A DNA stretch of 64,000 bases, taken from NCBI GenBank assembly GCA_963829055.1, contig CAWHHI010000020.1, positions 416,001 through 480,000 on the forward strand. The letters run 5' to 3'. The notes below the pieces were generated by a model. That model was not told the DNA's origin and did no database searches. It saw only the letters and a program-made list of their open reading frames with translations. Shown one piece after another: positions 1 to 10,494 of the stretch (position 1 is its first letter; each line of letters opens with the position of its first letter). Origin of the DNA: an uncultured Gemmatimonadaceae bacterium (lineage in GTDB: Bacteria > Gemmatimonadota > Gemmatimonadetes > Gemmatimonadales > Gemmatimonadaceae). A program made the translations under genes and the position numbers.

Positions 1-203
1 CCTCGCTGTCGAGCCAGGCCTATCCGAGCTTCACGGTGGATGGTCGAGTGCGATTGCAGAACGATCTCCGCGTGTCGTACGAGCTCGTGAAGGACTTCAT
101 GCTCACCGTGACGTTGTTCGATTCGTACGACAGCAAGCCGCAGGCGGTGGGGGTCACCAAGAACGACTTCGGGACCACGCTCGCGATCAGCTGGACCTTC
201 TGA
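1..203 (+). CDS. 3' end of an outer-membrane beta-barrel protein (DUF481-like), partial
   Basis: Frame from position 3 reads SLSSQAYPSFTVDGRVRLQNDLRVSYELVKDFMLTVTLFDSYDSKP...NDFGTTLAISWTF*, with amphipathic strands and a C-terminal Phe. Confidence 0.65.
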   Translation, partial: SLSSQAYPSFTVDGRVRLQNDLRVSYELVKDFMLTVTLFDSYDSKPQAVGVTKNDFGTTLAISWTF

Positions 204-351
204 GACCGTGCCACGTTAGGCGCGACAGAGCTCGGTGCAAGCGGGTTTGTGGAGACCGCGCGTTGGCGCGACCACCGCGCCGAGCGGTTCCCCGCCAACG
301 GGGAGGACAATGGGCAGCGGTGACCGCACACCGGATCCCGCTCGGCGCCGA

Positions 352-486
352 CCGGTAACACGAAGGGCCAATGGTCAGCCCCCTGAACGCCGCCGATTGT
401 GCAGTGGTCGCGCCGGCCGATTGTGCTCGTGATTGGCCAGCGCGCGTCGTCGCGGGGATGACACCGTGCCCGCGACTACTCTCGAG
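352..486 (+). promoter_or_regulatory. Upstream region of the RND adaptor gene; diverged duplicate of 40279-40416
   Basis: Identical 21-mer CCGGTAACACGAAGGGCCAAT plus shared blocks GCCGATTGTGC, TCGCGCCGGCC, GATTGGCCAGCGCGCGTC and ACACCGTG. Confidence 0.75.
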
Positions 487-503
487 GATCGGACGGCTTC
501 GCC

Positions 504-1661
504 ATGGGGGCGCGTATGACGATATCGGGTTGGCGGTCAATGCCGGTACTGATCGCGTGTGTCGGTTTAAGCAGCTGCAAGGAGGCCCCACCGCCGGCGC
601 CGCCTCCACCCGACGTCGTCGTTCAGCCGGTTGAAGTGCGCGACGCGCCGGTGCAGGCCGAGTTCACCGGTGTAGTCCGCGGCGGCGAGGATGTGGAGGT
701 CCGAGCCCGAGTCGTCGGATTCCTTCAGTCGATGAACTATCGCGAGGGAACCGCGGTGACGAAGGGCCAACTGCTCTTCGTCATCGATCCCAAACCATTC
801 GAGGCCACAGCCGCGGAGGCCCGCGCATCCGTGGCAGAAGCGAAAGCGCGACACGACCGGTCTGTGATTCAGGTCAACCGGCTCCGGCCGTTGGCAGCGC
901 AGAACGCCGTGAGTCAGCAGGACCTCGACAACGCGTTAGCGGGCGAGGAAGCCACCCGCGCCGCCCAGGATGCCGCGCAGGCGCAGCTCACCAAAGGACT
1001 GCTCGACCTGAGCTACACACGGGTCACCAGCCCGATCAGCGGCACCGCGGGCAATCGCCTGGTCGACGTCGGATCGTTTGTCGGAACCCCGCAGCCCACG
1101 GTGCTCACCGTCGTGTCTTCGCTCGATCCGGTTCGCTTCGACTTCACGATTTCGGAGACCGAGTACCTCGCGCTTGCACGCTCGACCGCGAAGAACGGAC
1201 GAAAGCAACCGCCGTCGGAGGCTCCACTCGAGCTCGTTCTTGCTGACGGATCGATCCACCCACACAAGGGGCGGATCACGGTCGTCGGCCGCGGAGTCAG
1301 TGGAGAAACCGGCACGTTGCCGCTGCAGGCCAGCTTCCCCAATCCGGGCGGAGTCCTCCGCCCCGGCCAGTTCGGCCGCATACGACTCCCGATCACGACA
1401 CGCAAGAGCGCCATCGTGATCCCGCAACGCGCCGTGCAGGAGCTGCAAGGGACCTACAACGTTTTCGTCGTCGGTCCGGACAGCGTCGCCCAAACGCGCG
1501 AAGTCAAGGTCGCCAATCGGATCGGCAGCGACTGGGTCGTTTCCGAAGGTCTCGAGCCCGCCGACCGGATCGTGGTCGAGGGGCTGCAGAAGGTGCGTCC
1601 CGGTACGAAGGTGCGGCCGACGGCGAAGCTCGCAGCGCAGGACTCCGCGACCACGCGCTGA
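504..1661 (+). CDS. RND efflux periplasmic adaptor (MFP) lipoprotein
   Basis: Lipobox LSSC; VEVRARVVG, LLFVIDP, YTRVTSPISG, FPNPGGVLRPGQF, IPQRAVQELQG. True start may be 516 or 540. Confidence 0.93.
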   Translation: MGARMTISGWRSMPVLIACVGLSSCKEAPPPAPPPPDVVVQPVEVRDAPVQAEFTGVVRGGEDVEVRARVVGFLQSMNYREGTAVTKGQLLFVIDPKPFEATAAEARASVAEAKARHDRSVIQVNRLRPLAAQNAVSQQDLDNALAGEEATRAAQDAAQAQLTKGLLDLSYTRVTSPISGTAGNRLVDVGSFVGTPQPTVLTVVSSLDPVRFDFTISETEYLALARSTAKNGRKQPPSEAPLELVLADGSIHPHKGRITVVGRGVSGETGTLPLQASFPNPGGVLRPGQFGRIRLPITTRKSAIVIPQRAVQELQGTYNVFVVGPDSVAQTREVKVANRIGSDWVVSEGLEPADRIVVEGLQKVRPGTKVRPTAKLAAQDSATTR

Positions 1662-1681
1662 TTCATTCGCGGAGTTCGTAT

Positions 1682-1722
1682 CCGGCGACCGATCGCGACG
1701 ATCGGTCGCCGGCATCGTTTTG
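1682..1722 (+). terminator. Hairpin after the MFP gene, overlapping the decayed RND 5' remnant
   Basis: Perfect 14-bp stem CCGGCGACCGATCG-cga-CGATCGGTCGCCGG followed by catcgttttg. Confidence 0.5.
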
Positions 1723-1919
1723 CTCATCTCATATGTAAGGCGTCGCCCGACGCCCGTGTCGGATTTCCCCCATGGCACGATAGGCCAATTGTGGCGTGGG
1801 TGCCACTGCGGACAGTACACCATGCGAGAATGGACCGGGCAGGCGACTCCATCAGTCGCCGGTTCCTCCCGGTTGTTGCCTAACGATGCTGGCACCACGT
1901 CGTATCTCGAGGAGCAACG

Positions 1920-3254
1920 ATGACGCATTGGTGGGCGGTACCGCTCGGACTCCTGTTCGTCGCGAGCACAGCGCCGGCGCAAAACCAGACGCACGACACC
2001 ACGTCGGCCCGGGCGACGGGGCTGCCGAAGAAGATCCAGTGGAAGTTCAACTTCGACGCCGGCGTCGGCGCATTCGGATTCGGGAACTCGCTCTACACCG
2101 ACGCGCGCCCCGACCCGTCCGGAGACCTCGGCGACGACTGGGTGGAGAGCTTCGCGAAGCCTGCGCTCTCCGCCGAGTACGCGCTCAGGACCGGCACGCT
2201 CTACGGCGCGGCGAGCGTCGTCGGCGAGCGCACGTTCGCCGCTCCCCCGTCGATCGTTGGTGAAGACGCATCGTCCTTCCAGGTCGAGGACATGTACATC
2301 GGCTGGAAATCCGGGAAGGCGCTGAGCATCGGCGAGGACGCGCTCGACTTGAGAGTGGGGCGATCCCAATATCGCATCGGGCAGGGCTTCCTCCTGTGGG
2401 ACGGTGGCGGCGAAGGCGGCAGCCGGGGAGGATTCTGGAGCAACGCGCGCAAGGCGTGGGAGTTCGCCGGAATCGCGCGCTTCAAGCCGAAGACACAACA
2501 CGCTCGAGGCATTCTACCTCGACCGCGATGAGGTCCCCGAAACGAAGACCGGAACCCACGTGTTCGGGGCGAACTACGAGCTCGCCATGGGCGAATCCAA
2601 CACGATCGGCGCGACGTACCTGGGGCTGACGTCCGATTCGCTGCCGAACCGCGACGGCATGTCGGTCTACAACCTCCGCGCGTACCTCTCACCGTTCAAG
2701 CGGCTGGCCGGCCTCTCGTTAGGTGCGGAGTACGCCAACGAGGACAACGGGAGCGCGCTGAGCTCGACCGCGTGGATGGCGCAGGCCGCGTACGAGCTCG
2801 GCAGCGTCGACTGGAAGCCGAAGGTCTCCTACCGCTACGCGTACTTCAAGGGCGACGACCCATCGACGGAGAAGAGCGAAGCGTTCGATCCGCTGTTCCT
2901 CGGCTTCTCCGACTGGGGCACGTGGTGGCAGGGCGAGATCGCGGGGGAGTACTTCCTGTCCAACTCGAACCTGATCTCGCACACGGTGCGCCTCCACTTC
3001 ACGCCGACCGAGTCGTTAGGCACCGGCTTCCTGGGATTCGTGTTCCAGAACGACCAGCCCGCGTCGTTCGGCCCCAACGTGACCTCCAAGAACATCGCGT
3101 CGGAGCTCGACGGTACGCCGACTGGAAGTTCAACAGCAACTTCACCGCGAGCTTCGTGCTGGCGTACGGGAACCCGCAGGAAGCGTTGGCGCAGGGGTAC
3201 GGCCGAACCAGCAACTTCACCTACGGGATGTTGTATCTCGCCTATGCGTATTGA
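1920..3254 (+). CDS. Alginate-export-family (AlgE-like) outer-membrane porin, frameshifted
   Basis: Signal peptide; joined from ORFs 1920-2531, 2404-3285 and 2772-3254; RVGRSQYRIGQGFLLWDG, FDPLF, C-terminal YLAYAY. Confidence 0.75.
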
Positions 3255-3277
3255 CCGACTCCGCGGGAGGACCCGCC

Positions 3278-5641
3278 ATGATTGAACACACCTCGAGGCC
3301 ACTGACCCGGCGGGTGCTCATCGTCGACGACGAGCTGACCCATCCGACATCGGCGGGCGGCCACGCCGTCCAGGGTCTGGCGAACGAGTTGCGGGGGCGC
3401 GGCATGGAAGTCGTCGCGGCGAGCTCCTGCGAAGATGGCCTTGCCACCGTCGTCTCCGATTCCGCGATCCACTGCGTGTTCGTCAACTGGACCCTCGGCA
3501 AGGAAAACGGGAACGGCGAGCCGGAGAACGGCGGCGGGAACGACGGGGGAAACGGCGGCGGTCAGTCACGGATCACGCGGAGGCCGTGGAGCTGCTGAGA
3601 ACCCTTCGGTCCCGCAACGCGAAAGTCCCTGTCTTTCTGATGGCTGATCGAAAGGTCGCGGGCACGGTCACGGTCGAAGTCGCGACCATGGCCGACGAGT
3701 TCGTGTTCACGCTCGAAGACACCGCGTCGTTCGTTGCCGGACGCGCGGCGGCGTCGATCGATCGCTACCTCCAGGGCCTGCTTCCCCCGTTCGCCGCCGC
3801 GCTCGCGGCGTACCAGCAGGAGCGGGAGTACTCGTGGGCGGCGCCCGGCCACCAGGGCGGCGTCGCGTTCCTCAAGTCGCCCGTCGGTCGCGCGTTCTTC
3901 GACTTCTACGGCGAGAATCTGTTTCGCACCGACATGGGGATCGAGCGCGGCGCGTTAGGCTCGCTGTTGGGGCACACCGGTCCGATCGGCGAGAGCGAGC
4001 GATACGCCGCGCACGTGTTCGGCGCCCACCGGTCGTACTCCGTGTTGAACGGGACGTCCGGCTCCAACCGGGCCATCATGTCGGCCTGTGTCGGCGATGC
4101 CGAGATCGCGCTCTGCGACCGCAACTGCCACAAGTCCATCGAGCAGGGGCTCGTGCTCACCGGCGGGATCCCGGTGTTCCTCGGCGCCGACGCGCAACCG
4201 CTTCGGCATCATCGGACCGATTCCGCCGGAGCGCCTCGCGCCTAACGCCATCGCGAAGGCCATCGCCGACAACCCTCTCGCGAAGAACGCCGCCAGCGCG
4301 CGCCCCGTCTACGCCGTCGTCACGAACTGCACGTACGACGGGATGTGCTACGACGCCGCGGACGCCGAGGCGATACTCGCGAAGAGCGTCGATCGCATCC
4401 ACTTCGACGAGGCGTGGTACGGCTACGCACGGTTCAATCCGATGTACCACGATCGGTACGCGATGCGTGGCAATCCGGCCGAGCATCCGGCGGACGGCCC
4501 CACGGTGTTCGCCACGCACTCCACGCACAAATTGCTGGCGGCACTGTCGCAGACGTCGTACATCCACATCCGCGACGGCCGCGGCGCCATCGACCATGGC
4601 CGCTTCAACGAGGCCTACTGCTCGCAGGCCAGCACGTCGCCGCTCTATGCGCTGATCGCATCGAACGACGTCGCGTCCGCCATGATGGACGGCCCGGGCG
4701 GGCACGCCCTGACGCAGGACGTCATCGACGAGGCCGTCGCCTGTCGCCTGGCCGTCGCCCGCGTCAGGCAGGAGTTCCTCACCAAGAAGGAGTGGTTCTT
4801 CGCGCCGTGGAACGCGGAGGAGATCCAGGACCCCGCGAGCGGCAAGCGCGTCCCGTTCCACCGCGCGTCGCCGGAGCTGCTCGCCACGAACCCGTCCTGC
4901 TGGGTGCTGCATCCGAACGAGAGCTGGCACGGGTTCGAGGGCATCCCCGACAACTGGTGCATGCTCGACCCGATCAAGTTCGGCATCGTGTGCCCGGGCA
5001 TGAAAGCGGACGGGCAGCTCGCGGACAAAGGCATCCCGGCCGACATCGTCACGGCCTATCTCGGTCGCCACGGCATCATCCCGTCGCGCACGACCGACCA
5101 CATGGTGTTGTTCCTGTTCTCGGTCGGCATCACCAAGGGCAAGTGGGGAACGCTCCTCAACACCCTGCTGGATTTCAAAGCCGACTACGACGCCAACGTA
5201 CCGCTCGGCCTGGTCCTTCCGCGGCTCGTGAGTGCCGCCCCCGACCGCTACGCGGGAATGGGATTGAAGGATCTCGGCGATGAGATGTGGGCGCACATGA
5301 AGAAGAACCGGCAGGGACACTGGCAGGCGCAGGCCTACGCCGGCCTCCCGACGCCGAAGATGACACCGCGGCGCGCCTTCCAGCAGCTGATGGCCGGCAA
5401 TGCGGAGAAGGTTCCGCTGGATCAGATGGCGAACCGCGTCGTCGCGGTCGGCGTGATTCCCTACCCACCCGGCATTCCGATTGTCATGCCGGGAGAAAGC
5501 GTCGGCGAGACCGACGGTCCGTGGCTCACCTACCTGCGCACGCTACAGGAATACGGCCATCGCTTCCCTGGCTTTGCCAAGGAAGTCGAGGGCACGGAGG
5601 AACGTAATGGCGTCTACCACATCTACTGCGTCACGAACTGA
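3278..5641 (+). CDS. Orn/Lys/Arg decarboxylase (AdiA/LdcI-like, copy 1), frameshifted
   Basis: Receiver-like wing domain (VLIVDDE), PGHQGG, NGTSGSN, DRNCHKS, HFDEAW, PLP-lysine motif THSTHK, PYPPGIP; two indels near 3580 and 4185. Confidence 0.9.
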
Positions 5642-5754
5642 GGGTCGACGTAGTCCGGCGCACGAGACCGTCGTACGCGAGCCGCCGGTACGCGAGACCG
5701 CCGCGGCGGGCGGCGCGACACGACCACGACGGAGTTCGCGGTCGCGAGCCCGGC

Positions 5755-8088
5755 CATCCCGATCCCGTTTCATCGACTGCTCAAAGTGGTGGCGCTGGTG
5801 GATCGCGAAGATCCACAGACGCGACAGCTGCTCGATCACATCGCCGAGAGAAGTTCGAGATCGAGGTGAGCACGCGCTACGACCGCGATGTCGCCGAAGA
5901 TGCGGATGTCGGCGCCTACATCGTGCTGGTCGACGGCGACCATCGTGAGCAGGCGCGCGATCTCGGGCGCGCCGTTCGCGCGTTAGGCTTCCGCACGCCG
6001 CTCTGGGCGCTCGCCGATTCCCATCAGATTGCCGACGTGGCCGTGTTGGCCGGCACCGGCGAGGTGGACGGCTACATCTATCTCGGCCAGCAGACGCCCG
6101 CGTTCTACGCCAAGCAGGTGGTGGCGAGCCTCGTACACTACGGGATGAGCCTGCTGCCCCCGTTCTTCGGCGGCCTCGCGGCCTACGACGGGGAAGCCAA
6201 CGTCACGTTCGCCTGCCCGGGGCATCAAGGCGGCCAGTTCTACCGACACTCTCCGGCCGGTCAGCTCTTCTTCAAGCACTTCGGCGAGCGCGTGTTCCGC
6301 AATGATCTGTGCAACGCCGACGTCGACCTGGGCGACCTGCTGATTCACGAGGGCCTCGCGGCGCAGGCGGAGCGTCACGCGGCGCGCGTGTTCGGCGCCG
6401 ACCGCACCTACTTCGTGCTGAACGGCACCAGCAGCTCGAACAAGGTCGTCACCAACGCGGTCCTGCGCCGCGGGGATCTCGTGCTCTTCGACCGGAACAA
6501 CCACAAGTCGCTCCATCAGGGCGCGCTGGTGCAGGCCGGCGCGATTCCAGTCTTCCTGCCCACGTCGCGCAACCCGTTCGGGATGATCGGTGCCGTCGAT
6601 TGGGACGCGTGGGACGAGGACTATCTCCGGGACCACATCCGGACGAACCCGCTCGTGACGGATCCCGAGCGGTACAAGGCGGAACGGCCCTTCCGGCTCG
6701 CGTGCATCCAGCTCGCGACGTACGACGGCACGGTCTACAACGTCCGGAAGGTCATGGAGAAGATCGGGCACCTGTGCGAATACGTGCTCTGGGACGAGGC
6801 CTGGATCGGCTACAACGCGTTCCATCCGCTGTTCGCGGACCACAGCCCGATGCGCCTAACGACGCTCGGACCCGAGATGCCCGGCCTGTTCTCCACCCAG
6901 TCGGTGCACAAGCAGGGCGCGGGGTTCTCGCAGGCGTCCCAGATCCACAAACGCGACGAGCACATCAGCGGGCAGCGGCGGTTCATCGACCACAAGCGGT
7001 TCAACGAGTCGTTCCTGATGAACGCGTCGACGTCGCCGTTCTATCCGCTCTTCGCCTCGCTGGACGTGAACGCCAAGATCCACGAGGGCAAGGCCGGCGA
7101 GATGCTCTGGGACCGCTGCATCACGCTCGGCATCGAGGTTCGGAAGAAGCTCCGCGAATTCGGCGCGTTCTACGGACGCACCGGCCAGAGCGCCGACGAG
7201 CAGTGGTTCTTCGATCCGTTCGTGCCGGACGTGGTGACGATCCGCAATTCGCGGTTCACCGAGGACGCGACCGACGTGCCGTGGCAGGACCTCCCCACGG
7301 ACGTGCTGCGGCAGGAGCAGCAATGCTGGACGTTCGACCCGCGGAGCAAGTGGCACGGGTACGCCGGCTACGCCGACGGCTACGCGATGGTCGATCCGAA
7401 CAAGCTGACGCTGCTCACGCCGGGCATCGACCGCCTAACGGGTGAGTACCTGGATTTCGGCGTGCCGGCCACCGTGGTCGCGAACTACCTGCGCGAACAG
7501 CACGTCATCCCGGAGAAGTGCGATCTCAACAGCATTCTCTTCCTGATGACGCCGGCGGAAGACGAGAGCAAGCTGAACACGCTGATCGCGAAGCTCGTGA
7601 AGTTCAAGAACCTCTGGGATCGGGACGCTCCGCTCGCCGAGGTCCTGCCGACGCTCTGCACGAACCATCGGGAGCGCTACGCAGGCTACACGCTCCGTCA
7701 GGTGTGCAACGAGATGCACGGCTTCTACCGAGCGGAAAACGTCAAAGGGCTACAGCGGGCCTGCTTCCGGGATTCGAGTTTCCCGGAGCTCGCGATGTCG
7801 CCGAAGGATGCATACGAGGCACTGGTCGCCAACGAGGTGGACTACGTGCCGCTGGACGCGATGAAGGGTCGCATCGCTGCGACGCTCGCGCTGATCTACC
7901 CGCCAGGAATCGGAGTCGTGGTTCCGGGTGAGCGGTGGGACGAGCGCGCGCAGCCGATGCTCGACTACTTCATGGCGTTTCAGGAGTCGTTCAATCGGTT
8001 CCCCGGGTTCAACTACGAAGTGCAGGGTGTCTACCAGGAGCGGATCAATGGGCGCATCAAATTCTACACTTACGCCGTCCGGCAGTAG
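5755..8088 (+). CDS. Ornithine decarboxylase (SpeF/SpeC-like); start uncertain, N-terminal indel
   Basis: FACPGHQGG, DLCNADVDLGDLLIHEG, DRNNHKS, TQSVHKQ, STSPFYPLFASLD, PEKCDLNSILFLMTP; lies next to potE. Confidence 0.9.
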   Translation, partial: HPDPVSSTAQSGGAGGSRRSTDATAARSHRREKFEIEVSTRYDRDVAEDADVGAYIVLVDGDHREQARDLGRAVRALGFRTPLWALADSHQIADVAVLAGTGEVDGYIYLGQQTPAFYAKQVVASLVHYGMSLLPPFFGGLAAYDGEANVTFACPGHQGGQFYRHSPAGQLFFKHFGERVFRNDLCNADVDLGDLLIHEGLAAQAERHAARVFGADRTYFVLNGTSSSNKVVTNAVLRRGDLVLFDRNNHKSLHQGALVQAGAIPVFLPTSRNPFGMIGAVDWDAWDEDYLRDHIRTNPLVTDPERYKAERPFRLACIQLATYDGTVYNVRKVMEKIGHLCEYVLWDEAWIGYNAFHPLFADHSPMRLTTLGPEMPGLFSTQSVHKQGAGFSQASQIHKRDEHISGQRRFIDHKRFNESFLMNASTSPFYPLFASLDVNAKIHEGKAGEMLWDRCITLGIEVRKKLREFGAFYGRTGQSADEQWFFDPFVPDVVTIRNSRFTEDATDVPWQDLPTDVLRQEQQCWTFDPRSKWHGYAGYADGYAMVDPNKLTLLTPGIDRLTGEYLDFGVPATVVANYLREQHVIPEKCDLNSILFLMTPAEDESKLNTLIAKLVKFKNLWDRDAPLAEVLPTLCTNHRERYAGYTLRQVCNEMHGFYRAENVKGLQRACFRDSSFPELAMSPKDAYEALVANEVDYVPLDAMKGRIAATLALIYPPGIGVVVPGERWDERAQPMLDYFMAFQESFNRFPGFNYEVQGVYQERINGRIKFYTYAVRQ

Positions 8089-8146
8089 CCTGACCCTCCC
8101 TGAGACGGGGGTCGCGAAAGGGACGGCCGCGAAGGCAGCAAAGAAG

Positions 8147-9469
8147 ATGAGTCTGATGCAGCTCACGTTCATCGTCGCGGTGAACATGATGGGCTCGGGC
8201 ATCATCATGCTGCCGACGAACATGGCCAAGGTCGGCGCCATCTCACTGCTGTCGTGGATCGTGACGGCGTTAGGCTCGATGGCCATCGCCTACGGGTTCG
8301 CGCAGGCCGGCCTCTTCAACCAGCGCAGCGGTGGCATGTCCGCGTACGCCGAGGACGCGTACGGGAAGCCGGGCTACTTCAACGTGTTCTACCTGTACTT
8401 CGTGTCGCTCGCGATAGGCAACGTGGCGATCGCCATCTCCGCCGTCGGCTACCTGGCGAGCTTCTTCCCCTGGCTCTCCGCGACGCCCATCGCGACGACG
8501 ATCGGCGTCATCGGACTGATCTGGGTCACGACGCTCGCGAACTTCGGCGGACCGAGCGTGACCGGAAAGATCGGCTCCATCACGGTCTGGGGGGTCATCC
8601 TGCCGGTCGGACTGCTGTCGTTCATCGGCTGGTTCTGGTTCAGCGCCGATACGTTCAGGGCGGCCTGGAACCCGCAGGGCATGAGCATTGGCGCAGGCCT
8701 GGGCTCGAGCATCGCGCTGACGCTGTGGGCGTTCCTGGGGATGGAGTCCGCGGCGCAGAACTCGTCCGCCGTCGAGAATCCGAAGCGCGACGTGCCGCTC
8801 GCGTGCCTGTTCGGCACGCTCGGAGCCGCGGTGATCTACATCCTCTCCACCACGGTGATCCAGGGCATCGTGCCTAACGCCGAGCTGGCGAAGTCGACGG
8901 GGCCGTTCGGACTCGCCTACGCGCACATGTTCAACCCGATCATCGGCTCGATCGTGATGGGGCTGGCCGTTCTCGCCTGCCTGGGTTCACTGCTCGGGTG
9001 GCAGTTCACCATCGCGATGACCGGGAAGTCCGCGGCGGACGAGCGGATGTTCCCGACCTTCTTCACGAAGATGAACGGCATGGGCGCGCCGGTCACGGGC
9101 ATGATCGTCATGGCCGTCGTGCAGTCCCTGATGGCGCTGTCGACCATCTCGCCCAGCCTGAGCGAGCAGTTCAGCGTGCTGGTGAACCTGGCTGTCGTCA
9201 CCAACGTGATCCCGTACATCGTCGCCCTGTCGGCGCTGCCGCTGATGATGAAGAGGGCCAACGTCGAGCAGAGCAAGTACCGGTTCAATGTGGCGATCGC
9301 GGTCGTCGCGATGCTGTACAGCACGTACGCCATCTTCGCGTCCGGCAAGGACGCGGTACTCGGAGGGACCCTCGTGATGGCCATCGGCTTCATCATCTGG
9401 GGATTCATCGCATCCCGCTTCGCACCGCCACGCGACCCCGCCGCGAAGCCGGCGACGGCACCGGCGTGA
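8147..9469 (+). CDS. potE: Putrescine-ornithine antiporter
   Basis: MSLMQLTFIVAVNMMGSGIIMLP, TLWAFLGMES, VENPKRDVP; about 12 TM segments; follows the ODC gene. Confidence 0.88.
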   Translation: MSLMQLTFIVAVNMMGSGIIMLPTNMAKVGAISLLSWIVTALGSMAIAYGFAQAGLFNQRSGGMSAYAEDAYGKPGYFNVFYLYFVSLAIGNVAIAISAVGYLASFFPWLSATPIATTIGVIGLIWVTTLANFGGPSVTGKIGSITVWGVILPVGLLSFIGWFWFSADTFRAAWNPQGMSIGAGLGSSIALTLWAFLGMESAAQNSSAVENPKRDVPLACLFGTLGAAVIYILSTTVIQGIVPNAELAKSTGPFGLAYAHMFNPIIGSIVMGLAVLACLGSLLGWQFTIAMTGKSAADERMFPTFFTKMNGMGAPVTGMIVMAVVQSLMALSTISPSLSEQFSVLVNLAVVTNVIPYIVALSALPLMMKRANVEQSKYRFNVAIAVVAMLYSTYAIFASGKDAVLGGTLVMAIGFIIWGFIASRFAPPRDPAAKPATAPA

Positions 9470-9494
9470 GGAACAACGGCACAGGAGAAATTCC

Positions 9495-10469
9495 ATGTTA
9501 CGCATAGCCTCATTGACGGCCTCGGACTGGCAGCGGTTCTGGATTGCGAGCTGCGTGATCGCGGGGATCGCCACGCCGGATGCCGGCCACGCGCAGACGA
9601 AGAAGAAAGCCGCCGCGCCACCAGCGGCGGCCGCCGCGGCGACGACGCTGGACCGGGTCCGCTCGAGCGGGACGCTCAAGCTCGGGTATCGCATCGACGC
9701 GAAGCCCTTCTCCTACCAGGAGCCTAACAAGCCGGCCGGATACTCCATCGAGATCTGTCAGAACCTGGCCGACATGGTCAAGAGCGAGCTGAACCTGCCC
9801 GCGCTCAACGTGCAGTGGGTGCCTGTGACGGTGGAGAATCAGCTCAAGGCCGTCGAGCAGCACGACATCGACGTCATGTGCGGATCGATGAGTGTCACGC
9901 TGGAGCGACGGAAGCAGGTGGACTTCTCCTCCCCGATCTTCCCCGGCGGCGTCGGCGTCGTGGTTCGGTCCAACGCGCCGAAGCAGCTGCGCAACATTCT
10001 CTCGGGGCAAGCGCAGGAATTCCGACCGACCTGGCGAGCGGTGGCGCTCAACATTCTGCGGGAGCAGACGTTCGCCACGGTGCCCGGGACCACGGCCCAG
10101 CAGTGGCTGACCCAGCGCGGGGAGGAGCTTCAGGTACAGTCGCACACGGTCCCGGCGGAGAGCTACGAGGCGGGCATCAAGGCCGTTCAGAGCGGGCAGG
10201 CGAGCGCCTTCTTCGCGGAGCGGGCCGCCCTGCTCGACGAGGTACGACGGAGCTCGTCGGACGACCTGACCGTGATCGACCGGCAGTTCACGTTCGAGCC
10301 GCTGGCGTTGGCGGTCGCGCGTGGCGACGACGATTTCCGCCTGCTGGTGGACCGGAGCCTGAGCCGGTTCTACAACGGGCCGGGATTCGGGGCCACGTAC
10401 ACGAAGTGGTTCGGCAAGCCCGATGAGACGGCAAAGAATTTCTTCCGATGGAACGCCTTACCCGAATGA
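9495..10469 (+). CDS. Amino-acid substrate-binding protein (family 3, GltI-like)
   Basis: Signal peptide; TLDRVRSSGTLKLGYR, PAGYSIEIC, TLERRKQVDFSSPIF. Confidence 0.85.
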   Translation: MLRIASLTASDWQRFWIASCVIAGIATPDAGHAQTKKKAAAPPAAAAAATTLDRVRSSGTLKLGYRIDAKPFSYQEPNKPAGYSIEICQNLADMVKSELNLPALNVQWVPVTVENQLKAVEQHDIDVMCGSMSVTLERRKQVDFSSPIFPGGVGVVVRSNAPKQLRNILSGQAQEFRPTWRAVALNILREQTFATVPGTTAQQWLTQRGEELQVQSHTVPAESYEAGIKAVQSGQASAFFAERAALLDEVRRSSSDDLTVIDRQFTFEPLALAVARGDDDFRLLVDRSLSRFYNGPGFGATYTKWFGKPDETAKNFFRWNALPE

Positions 10470-10494
10470 GTCAGACCTCAAGGGGGTCGTTGAT

